DNA of 64,000 nt from Escherichia phage EK010, in the sequence record NC_070981.1; one strand, 5' to 3'. A model generated the notes under the pieces. That model was given only the letters and a program-made list of their open reading frames with translations. It searched no databases and was not told where the DNA came from. The translations under genes and the position numbers were made by a program. This document shows positions 26,733 to 35,300 of the stretch, piece after piece (position 1 is the stretch's first letter; every line of letters begins with the position of its first letter).

Positions 26733-26791
26733 TAGTATACAAACCGCTCAAAGAGAGCAACAATCTTAAATCTATATAAGGAAATATTAAT

Positions 26792-27532
26792 ATGTCTATG
26801 ATCCCTGAACTGTCTGTATCCCGTAAATCCAACTACGATGTAATCCCTGATGGTGAGTACGAAGCACGTATTGTTCGTGTTGTAGGTTTGGGTGTTCACA
26901 ATCGTGACCCTTGGATTGACCCTAAAACCAAAGCAGTTACTCCTAAGAACCCAGCTTTCCGTATGGACTTAGCTTTTGAGCTGATTGGCGTAGATGCAAC
27001 AGGGACTGATAATGAAGGCAAACCTCTGGACCCTCGCCCTGCTTGCCAGTTTAAATCTTTCGATGTAAATCCACGAGCTAAGAACTCTGGTATTCTGAAT
27101 CTGATTAAAATGATCGACCCAAGTGTTCAAGCACTGAAAGGTGATTTGGGTTGGTTTAAAGATATGCTGTTAGGTCAGCCTGTTAACATTCTGGTTAATT
27201 CCTATGTAAACAAAGCTGGTGAGAAGAAAAACTCTATTAAGAGTATCACTCCAATTCCGACCAAATATCGTGATGCTGTAGGTGCTCCTCGTAGTGAGTT
27301 GATCTTCTTCGAACCGTATGCTGAGACTGATGCTAACTTAGCTGCTTATCAAGCAATCTTCCCATTCCAACGTAACCTCTTGACTCAAGCTAACGATGCT
27401 AAGAACATTCCTCTGGCTGGTCGTGAAGTTACCAAAGCTTCTGACACTGAACAGAAGGACGCAACTCCGAGTATCCCTACTATTAATGAAGAGCCGCAGT
27501 CTACCTTTGAAGAGGACGACTCTCCTTTCTGA
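26792..27532 (+). CDS. single-stranded DNA-binding protein-like
   Basis: Acidic C-terminal tail ending 'EEDDSPF' (compare bacterial SSB 'DDDIPF'); follows a promoter-rich intergenic region. Confidence 0.5.
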   Translation: MSMIPELSVSRKSNYDVIPDGEYEARIVRVVGLGVHNRDPWIDPKTKAVTPKNPAFRMDLAFELIGVDATGTDNEGKPLDPRPACQFKSFDVNPRAKNSGILNLIKMIDPSVQALKGDLGWFKDMLLGQPVNILVNSYVNKAGEKKNSIKSITPIPTKYRDAVGAPRSELIFFEPYAETDANLAAYQAIFPFQRNLLTQANDAKNIPLAGREVTKASDTEQKDATPSIPTINEEPQSTFEEDDSPF

Positions 27533-27555
27533 TGAATCTCTCCTTGTAATAGCTT

Positions 27556-27578
27556 AGCCACCTTCGGGTGGCTTTTTT
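27556..27578 (+). terminator. rho-independent terminator (UUCG tetraloop)
   Basis: AGCCACC-TTCG-GGTGGCT followed by TTTTTT, after SSB-like gene. Confidence 0.7.
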
Positions 27579-27591
27579 CGTTGGAGTTAAA

Positions 27592-27933
27592 ATGGAAAAG
27601 CTTCAAAACAATATAGGCTTTCTTATTTTCACAGCTCTTATTTTCTTTGGTGGAATGAAGTTTGAGCAATATCGAAACGATAGCAGTGCTCTTGACCAAG
27701 AGAAGAAACAACAAGAGATAGAGATTGAGAGAGCCAAGGCTGCTGATGAAGTAGCTCAGAAAGTTCTTACCGGTTTAACTAACTGGAAGAAGAACACGGA
27801 AACTATTTACAAAGAGATGCATTATGAAAAGACTAAGCCAGTTTTTTACAATGTGTGTGCTAGCGATGAGTATGTCTCTTTATTTAACCAAAGACAGGAA
27901 GAAGCTAAGAGGGTTTTAAAATCGAAGGAATAG
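27592..27933 (+). CDS. membrane protein with N-terminal TM helix and helical periplasmic region (i-spanin-like)
   Basis: ATG 27592 with GGAG RBS; 'IGFLIFTALIFFGG' TM segment then charged helical region. Confidence 0.4.
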   Translation: MEKLQNNIGFLIFTALIFFGGMKFEQYRNDSSALDQEKKQQEIEIERAKAADEVAQKVLTGLTNWKKNTETIYKEMHYEKTKPVFYNVCASDEYVSLFNQRQEEAKRVLKSKE

Positions 27934-27956
27934 AAGAGTTTTTATCCTATGATGAA

Positions 27957-28415
27957 ATGTCAGGAAAACTAACGTGGAGAAGCTCTGAAAAGAAGAGCAA
28001 TCAATGGAACTCTAGGTTTGCTGGAAAAGAGGCTGGCTGTTTGATAGATGCTGGATACATTGTTGTGAGGTTTAATGGGAAAGCACATAAAGCTCACAGA
28101 GTGGCTTGGTATTTAAAAACAGGAGAAATCCCTGATACTGATATCGACCACAAAGATCAGATTAAATCTAACAATTCTTGGACCAACCTGAGAAAAGCAA
28201 CCAATGCGCAGAATCAGATGAATACATCTGCTCAGAAGAATTCTATAACAGGTATAAAAGGTGTCGGATATAGAAAGGATGTTAACAAGTGGACTGCTCG
28301 AATAGGGTTTGAGGATAAAGTTATTTGGCTTGGTTTTCATGATACACTGGAAGGAGCTAAGTGTGCATATAAAGAAAAAGCTATTGAGTTGTACGGGGAT
28401 TTTGCTAGCTTTTAG
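27957..28415 (+). CDS. HNH homing endonuclease with AP2-like domain
   Basis: 'IDHKDQIKSNNSWTNLRKATNAQN' plus AP2-like region; conserved N-terminal motif continues upstream of the first ATG. Confidence 0.6.
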   Translation: MSGKLTWRSSEKKSNQWNSRFAGKEAGCLIDAGYIVVRFNGKAHKAHRVAWYLKTGEIPDTDIDHKDQIKSNNSWTNLRKATNAQNQMNTSAQKNSITGIKGVGYRKDVNKWTARIGFEDKVIWLGFHDTLEGAKCAYKEKAIELYGDFASF

Positions 28416-28629
28416 TTTATCAGCTTGTTCAACGAGCGACAACAGCAGGCAATCAATGCCCTTACCAACAAACCTAAAAGCTGAATGTAGAGTTGACCTA
28501 CCTCTTTTAGAGAGTGCTCAAGGGAAGGCACTAGCCACTACGTTGGAGTGGTATCAGGACCAGTACACAGAATGTGCTGCTAATCACAATGGATTGTTAG
28601 AAGCTCTGAAAGAGCGTGGAATAGAATAA
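28363..28629 (+). CDS. lipoprotein (candidate o-spanin or exclusion lipoprotein), GTG start
   Basis: GTG 28363 with AAGGAG RBS 6 nt upstream; signal peptide 'MHIKKKLLSCTGILLAFSLSAC' with L-S-A-C lipobox. Confidence 0.45.
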   Translation: MHIKKKLLSCTGILLAFSLSACSTSDNSRQSMPLPTNLKAECRVDLPLLESAQGKALATTLEWYQDQYTECAANHNGLLEALKERGIE

Positions 28630-28967
28630 TGGAAGTCCTTAATTTCTACAAAGAGGGGTTGAAGATTCCAGAAGGCGCTATTTACATAGGAAGATATAGT
28701 GCCAAGCATGGTCTACCACAATCTAAGTATCACAACCCAATAAAGCTCCAAGAGGGTGAGCCAAGAGGTTCTACTCTGGATAAGTATAGGAAATATTTAT
28801 GGGGTGAGATAAAAGCTGGCAGAATAACTGTGGAAGAGCTTGCAAATCTGTATGGAACAAACCTTGTGTGTTATTGTAAGCCCAAACCTTGTCATGGGGA
28901 TATCCTTATGGCTGCTATAAAATGGGCAAAAGAAGAAATGGATAATGCTATAACTAAGGAAAGATGA
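28629..28967 (+). CDS. hypothetical protein with '[13 protein letters not shown]' motif
   Basis: ATG overlapping upstream stop. Confidence 0.5.
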   Translation: MEVLNFYKEGLKIPEGAIYIGRYSAKHGLPQSKYHNPIKLQEGEPRGSTLDKYRKYLWGEIKAGRITVEELANLYGTNLVCYCKPKPCHGDILMAAIKWAKEEMDNAITKER

Positions 28968-29617
28968 TGGCGAAGAAGACAACACCTACAAGATATCGAA
29001 TTCATGGAATCCCTATTAAGTATATCTCAAACTATGAAGAGTTTTACAGAGTGAACTGGAAAGTGGTTCACAAGTTCTTCATGTATGATATCAGGGATTA
29101 TCATGAAGCAGAAGATGTGGCACAAGAAGTGCTCTTGAATGCTTGGAGATTTGTCTTCGCTAAGCAGGATGAGAGAGTCCTAGAGGATGAGAAAGACCAA
29201 GAGCATATGACTTATCGAGTCAAGAACATTATCTGGTCGATTCGTTCTAATCGTCAGACAGTTGGAGACCGACGTATCTACTCTATTCCAGAGGCTGATA
29301 TGTTTAGACCTCCTGAGATGAACTCATGGGAAAGTCCTTTAGAAATTGCGATGGATAAGCATGATTCTACTGGAGACCCATTCTTGGAATCTAGAATCTT
29401 TTTCTTCTTCCAAGACCTGAGTGACATTATGGAAAACCGTAAGATGGCAAGCATGTTCTCAATGCTCTTTCTCGGCATCCCACATGATCACATCCAGCAG
29501 GAGCTGGGAATTTCACACGGAACCTTCTATCGCCGTTATGCAGAGAATCGTGATCTGTATGAAGCGGTAGTAGAGAAGCACTTTGATAAAGAAGATCTTC
29601 AAGGGATGATTCAATAA
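28964..29617 (+). CDS. sigma-70-family (ECF-like) sigma factor
   Basis: Region 2-like '[16 protein letters not shown]' and region 4-like HTH '[21 protein letters not shown]'. Confidence 0.6.
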   Translation: MMAKKTTPTRYRIHGIPIKYISNYEEFYRVNWKVVHKFFMYDIRDYHEAEDVAQEVLLNAWRFVFAKQDERVLEDEKDQEHMTYRVKNIIWSIRSNRQTVGDRRIYSIPEADMFRPPEMNSWESPLEIAMDKHDSTGDPFLESRIFFFFQDLSDIMENRKMASMFSMLFLGIPHDHIQQELGISHGTFYRRYAENRDLYEAVVEKHFDKEDLQGMIQ

Positions 29618-30213
29618 TGAGTAAACCATTAGTAGTAATTCTGAATGGACCACCGGGTTGTGGTAAAGATACAATCGCTAATGCTTGGCTAGAATTCACT
29701 AAAGAGAACATTGAATTTAAGCCACATATAAAGGCTTTTAAGGAGCCTATGTACCGAGTTGCTGCTGCTGCATTAGGTATTCCTATTGACGAGTTCATGG
29801 AGCTGTATAGCGACCGTGAGTGGAAAGAACGAAGCCGTCCTGAATGGGGCGGTAAGTCAGTTCGAGATTTGATGATTGCAACTAGTGAGAGCTACTTGAA
29901 GCCAATGTTTGGTGATACCTGTATGGGTAAGTTGGCTGTTAGTAGTATCAAACGACAACTGTTAGGACAGAAAGATGTTATCGTCTTCTCTGATGGTGGA
30001 TTCAAAGCAGAAGTTTCAGAACTGGAAGAACAATTCCATGTTCAAGTAGTTCAGATTCTTCGTGATGGTTGCACTTTTGAAGGAGACTCTCGGTCTTACA
30101 TCGAAGGCAGTCAGAGAAACACATATTACCTAGTAAACGATTCTACTGTAGAAGATGCAATAGACTATTTAAATTGGATTGTTGTACGGACACGGAGAGA
30201 TCTCTATGTCTGA
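29617..30213 (+). CDS. P-loop nucleotide kinase (dNMP-kinase-like)
   Basis: Walker A 'LNGPPGCGKDT'. Confidence 0.5.
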   Translation: MSKPLVVILNGPPGCGKDTIANAWLEFTKENIEFKPHIKAFKEPMYRVAAAALGIPIDEFMELYSDREWKERSRPEWGGKSVRDLMIATSESYLKPMFGDTCMGKLAVSSIKRQLLGQKDVIVFSDGGFKAEVSELEEQFHVQVVQILRDGCTFEGDSRSYIEGSQRNTYYLVNDSTVEDAIDYLNWIVVRTRRDLYV

Positions 30214-31027
30214 TGTAATTTATCCTGAAGTAGCAATTGTGGATGCAGATGTTCTGCGATATGAAGTCGGTGCTCTTACACAAGAGCATCCTTTTCTAGA
30301 CACAGGTCGTGTTCCAGTTGATTATGGATTCTTGATTGAACGACTTCAACATAAAATAGATGTAATCATTGCAAGGTCTGGTTGCGAGAAAACAATCTTT
30401 TACTTCAGCGAAGGTGGTAATTTTCGGTTTGATATTGCTAAGCAGCAAGGTTATAAAGCTAATCGACCACTGGGAGAAAGACCTCATCATTGGCAGAACG
30501 TTAGTGATTATATTAAAGAAAATTACGAGTATGTAGAAGTTTTTGGGAGAGAGGCAGATGATGCCTTAGCTGAAAGACAGAGACGTGATAAGAACACTAT
30601 CATTTGCACCCGTGATAAAGATTTGTTAATCACCCCCGGATGGCATTACCGTTGGGCTTGCGGGGAGAGACAGAAAGAAGTACCTCCTCATTATGTATCA
30701 GAGGAAGTAGCATGGCAGAACTTCTTCTACCAGATGTTGATTGGGGATAGGACAGATAATATTCCCGGATGTGGTGAGAAGGTTGAAATGATGTGGGGTG
30801 GCAACCTAGTGATGCGTCGTCAAGGTGTTGGCAGCAAGGCTGCAATCGAACTTATTGAGAAGGTATTCGATAAGTGGACTCTTTATCATATTATACGAAT
30901 GGAATACTATAAGAGGTTCGAGGAAGAAGCAGAAGCTAAGATGTTAGAAAACGCTCGATTGCTCTTCGTTGGACAAGCTGAAGGCGACCTCTTTGATTGG
31001 TCGTGGTTAGATAAAACTTGGGAATAA
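30206..31027 (+). CDS. 5'-3' exonuclease / flap endonuclease
   Basis: 'CTRDKDLLI' resembles the Pol I 5'-exo 'TGDKDLLQL' motif; ATG 30206 with GGAGAG RBS. Confidence 0.55.
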   Translation: MSDVIYPEVAIVDADVLRYEVGALTQEHPFLDTGRVPVDYGFLIERLQHKIDVIIARSGCEKTIFYFSEGGNFRFDIAKQQGYKANRPLGERPHHWQNVSDYIKENYEYVEVFGREADDALAERQRRDKNTIICTRDKDLLITPGWHYRWACGERQKEVPPHYVSEEVAWQNFFYQMLIGDRTDNIPGCGEKVEMMWGGNLVMRRQGVGSKAAIELIEKVFDKWTLYHIIRMEYYKRFEEEAEAKMLENARLLFVGQAEGDLFDWSWLDKTWE

Positions 31028-31037
31028 GGATATTATA

Positions 31038-31229
31038 ATGGGTAAATTTGACTATCGTTCGTATGATGAAAACTCCTCTACTCGTGAATCTCGTAAAGAT
31101 CAAAAGATTAAGCACCAAGCATTTGATCGTCGCACAGGCCGTATCCCTCGTGCTGATAAAGAATCACACCGAGTCAATAAACGCATTTGGGAAGACGCTG
31201 ATATGGATGTAGGTTATGGCGAAAGCTGA
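31038..31229 (+). CDS. basic hypothetical protein (63 aa)
   Basis: ATG ORF; AAGGA RBS. Confidence 0.45.
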   Translation: MGKFDYRSYDENSSTRESRKDQKIKHQAFDRRTGRIPRADKESHRVNKRIWEDADMDVGYGES

Positions 31230-31620
31230 GAAGACAAGATGCTCTGGTCAGTGGACTGAAGCACGTTATAACTCCTTCATTAAGTCAGGGATTCGTTCTC
31301 TGACTAGGAAATGGAAACCTATGTTTGATTCTCTCAAAGAGGCTCAGACAGAACGTAAAATCAACCCTAAAACTGGCAAAATGGCAATGCATTACAAGTG
31401 CGCCATGTGTGGTAATGATTCTCCTCTTAAAGACGTAGCAGTAGACCATATAGAGCCTATTGTTCCAGTGGACCATGAAGCTACTTGGGATGAAATCATC
31501 GAGAGGGCTTTAGTTGAGAAAGATGGTTTTCAAGTCTTATGCAAAGAGCCTTGCCATAAGATAAAAACTAAGGAAGAGAATGATGCAAGACGCGAATTTA
31601 AAAAATCTAGAGACTTCTGA
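31216..31620 (+). CDS. HNH nuclease
   Basis: 'YKCAMCG...DHIEPIVPVDHEATWDEIIERALVEKDGFQVLCKEPCH' C-x2-C / DH / N / CH HNH motif. Confidence 0.6.
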   Translation: MAKAEKTRCSGQWTEARYNSFIKSGIRSLTRKWKPMFDSLKEAQTERKINPKTGKMAMHYKCAMCGNDSPLKDVAVDHIEPIVPVDHEATWDEIIERALVEKDGFQVLCKEPCHKIKTKEENDARREFKKSRDF

Positions 31621-31882
31621 AGAAAGAGAAGTCTTTGAATCTATGAACAAGGAAAACACATATGATCAAGTATCTACGAAACAAGTTCTTCGCTTTAGCT
31701 ATCGTAATTGGAGAGGCGAAGTTGCAGACCGCTCCGTTATTCCTTTACGAACCTCAGTTGCTTCTTCCCGCTATCATAATGGGGGCAAACCTTGTTGGAT
31801 AATGACCGCTTGGGACAATGATAAGAATGACATTCGAGAGTTCAAACTCTCTGATATTATTAAGTATTATGACTTAATCTAG
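31583..31882 (+). CDS. hypothetical protein (start uncertain)
   Basis: AAGGAAG RBS before ATG 31583; overlaps 3' end of HNH gene. Confidence 0.4.
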   Translation: MQDANLKNLETSEEREVFESMNKENTYDQVSTKQVLRFSYRNWRGEVADRSVIPLRTSVASSRYHNGGKPCWIMTAWDNDKNDIREFKLSDIIKYYDLI

Positions 31883-31890
31883 GAGAACAA

Positions 31891-32157
31891 ATGGATTTTA
31901 GTTCAGCACTTATTAAAGTAAAAGAAGGTAAGAAGATTGCTCGTTCTGGTTGGAATGGTGCAAATCAGTTCGTCATCAAAGCAGGTGGATATGAAGTAGA
32001 AGAAGCTCGACCGGGTTCTGATTATGAAAAAGCTGGCATCACAGGTCGATTCACTATCGCCCCTCATTTAGACTTAAAGAATGCTCAGGGTATTATGCAA
32101 CCCGGATGGGTTCCATCTCAGGGTGATTTATTTGCAGATGATTGGGAGGTCTTATGA
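31891..32157 (+). CDS. hypothetical protein (88 aa), last gene of + arm
   Basis: AGGAG RBS. Confidence 0.5.
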   Translation: MDFSSALIKVKEGKKIARSGWNGANQFVIKAGGYEVEEARPGSDYEKAGITGRFTIAPHLDLKNAQGIMQPGWVPSQGDLFADDWEVL

Positions 32158-32341
32158 TTGACTTCGAAGAAGAAAATTGGGATGTGTGATGAATTCGATG
32201 GATTCTAGTAGCCTTGGGTTTTCTCTTTGTTCTAATAGTTCCTATTAAGAGTAAGGACACACCCCCTACTGTACAGTAGATATGGCAAGAGAAGTGATAA
32301 AGGTTTGATATAAAACGTCGAACCTGTATCTAGAAATAAAG

Positions 32342-32369
32342 AAGCCCCCTTCCTTTCGGTTGGGGGCTT
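32342..32369. terminator. bidirectional terminator at the convergent arm junction
   Basis: 8-bp stem AAGCCCCC/GGGGGCTT with 12-nt loop, T-rich on + side and U-rich on - side; lies between last + gene and stop of last - gene. Confidence 0.6.
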
Positions 32370-32376
32370 TTCTTGT

Positions 32377-35300
32377 TTACTCCTTAGCTCGAACTCTAAC
32401 ACGAAGTTTAGCTTGACGCTTACTTCTCTCCAACTTGTCAGACAGAGAACCACGTTTGACTTTCAACTCTCCCTCGTCATTATACTTCTCCAAGAACTGT
32501 AAATACTCTTGTCGAGTAGTTGTCTTGTAAGAAGGAATCTTAGCATTAGGATTCGCTTCAATCACACGTCTAATCTTAGCTACATCATCCCTCCCTAAAA
32601 GTTTCCCTTTAGCTTGTTCTGCTGTAGAACCAAAGATTTTCTCAAGTGCTCGAGATTTGTTACCACCTGCCGAAGCAGCACCAAGTTTCGCAATAGCAGA
32701 ATAATCATCAGCACTAAACCAAGCCACTGGATTATCTCCATAACGTTTCTTGTTCTCAGCAGCAGTCTGTAGAGCACGTACAAATCGACGGTTGTTACCA
32801 GCCTTATCTGCACCATGAACCCTATCTAGAACCTCTGCAACACTCGCCAACTCCTGCAAGTCTTTCCCTTCAATAAAAGCTTTCTCTGCTTTGTTAGCAA
32901 AGTCGTCTTCCTGCTTTTTAATACTTTCAAGAATATCAGAGTTAGCCTGAGATCTTTCATCCTCAGGTAGAGCGGAACGAATCTTCTCCATTTCTTTCTC
33001 TTCATCTAAAAGTTTCTTAAAGTCAGAATCAACTTTACGAGCATCTTCGATAGCTTTTGCTGTTTCTGCATCAAGGTCAGAAGCTTTCCCGTCTGCATCA
33101 CCAGTTGCCTTAGCAATCTCTCTTTCGATTGGAGTAGCTGTTTCATACTTCTTAACAAACTTCTCTACGTCAGATTCGATACGAGCACGAGCATTCTGAT
33201 GTTCCACTGGAGTCATAGGTTTCTCTAACAAAGCATACCGATTATCCATATAAGAACCAGCATACGCTTCAGCATCCTCCCTAGAAACCCCCTTCTCTTC
33301 CAGAGTGTTGACTAAACGCTTATGAATGTCATCACGTTGACGTTGAACTGCCATTAGGTCATTCTCCCGTTCCTGAGCTTCTTTCAGAGCCTTATCTCTC
33401 TTCACTCTAGAATCAATATCAAACCTACGGTTCATTTCCTCAGCCTGTTCATACATTCTATTCCACTTAGCCTCACGAGCATCTTCCTCTGCTTCGGTCA
33501 AACGTCGTTTGCGATCGAGGTAATCACTCTCAGCGTTGTGAATACGTTCAATAATACTACGGAAACGCTCTGGTGGTACTGGAGAGTTTTTATCATGGTG
33601 AGCAGCAAGCTGTTTCAAAGTACGACCTTCCTGAGCTTCTCTGACACTTTCAGGCAACTCTTTGAACATCTTCTCCATCTCGGATTTCTGAGCCGCTATA
33701 GCTTCCAAGGACTGCTTTTCAGCTTCCATAGCTGCCTTGGCATCATTACGAGCCTTAGCTCTGTTACGGAGCGTCTCAAGACGTTCTTGACGTGCTTGCA
33801 AGTGTTTAGCCGCTGCTTCGTATTGAGAGTTCTTGTTAGCCTTGTTGAACATGTTAACTTCTCGGTTATAGGTATTGATAAACCCATCCCACACATCCTT
33901 CATTTGACCAACTTCCAAAGCCTCAACCCTTCCAGCTTTTTCTGAAGATTTAAACTTACTCTCCACAAAGTCTTCCATAATCCTACGCATAGCATCTTTC
34001 TGAGCAGGACGTAAAGGTTCTGCATCAAGCAGTGTACCAATTTCATCCTGAAGCTCTTTCTTCTGATCTACCAGTTTAGGAGCATCTTTCTTGTCAAAAG
34101 CTTTATTCTCTTCCAGAGCCTCTCGATAGAGACGGTCAAATTCATCATCTCTCTGTTTCTGATATAAACGCTCAGCTCTTCGTTTCAGTGAATCTAGGCT
34201 TGTGACGTTTCCACCCAAACCCTTCTCTTCAGCACGTAAAGCCTTAGTAGCAATATCAGAAGGCAATCCACGCTCTTTTACCCAATCAGCAAAAGAAGAA
34301 CGAACATGTTGAGACTTAGCAGAAGCAATACCTTGCTGTGAAGCTAGCTGGTTTCTAGCCATCTCTTCATGACGCTGTGTGTTGTTTGCTTGGTCTTCCT
34401 GACGGATACGACGCATAAGCTCTTTAGGGTCTCCTTTATAAGAAAGGAAGTTTTCCGCAGTAGCTTTAGCTTTAGCAGCAGCCGAATACAAAGAACGAGC
34501 AAATCGGTCAGCACGATCTTTTGTTGCCTGACGGGCAGCAGTTGACATAGAAGCCAGACGCTCTACACCGAGTGATGGTTTAACAGGCTCAAGAGCCTTC
34601 TCAGGAGCTTTAGGCGCACGAGCAGGTAATGGCTCAGGTTTCTCTTGAGGTTCCTCTACGGTCTTCTCAGGAGCTTCTTTAGCACGTTCCGCTTCCTCTG
34701 CTTCTTGACGTTTCTTCGCTTCTGCTACAGCTCTGCGCTGAGCTACTAGCTCTCTTGCTGTAAGAGCTTCTTGCTGTGGTTCAGGTTCTGGTGTAGCACT
34801 TTCTTGAGCCTGAGCAGCTTCAGCTTCTTGACGTCTAAGCTCTGCTTGTTGGAGAGCACGTCTTTGAGCAACTAGATCCCTCGCAGTAAGAGGTGTTTCA
34901 GTTGGAGCTGGAGAGGAAGGAATTTCTTCCGTCACAGTAGTAGCAGAAGGCTCCTCACGAACCGGTTCGGAAGGTGCATCATTTTGAGTACGGAATTTGA
35001 TGTCTTCTGTGGTTGGTTCTTCTTCCATTTTTGCTCTTGCTTCTTCAGCCTGAGTCCTAGCTCGTTGTACTTCTAAATCAGCCCTAGCCAAAGAGCGGAT
35101 AGCTTCGCTATTAGCTGACTGTTGCTTCTCACGTTGAGCACGAGCACGATCGGAAGTAAAGCGGTTAAGTACATACTTGGCTGCACCGAGAGGATTCTTA
35201 ACTAACACAGGAGCCGGAGCTTCACGAAAACCGTCATCAGTCAGAGAGGTCCAACCACGGTCTTGGTTACTCATGAACTTAGCTGTATTATTCAGAGTGA

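Noticed and set aside
32266-32279. Palindrome as a LexA/SOS box
   Set aside because: CTGT and ACAG halves are adjacent with no spacer, unlike the CTGT-N8-ACAG LexA consensus.
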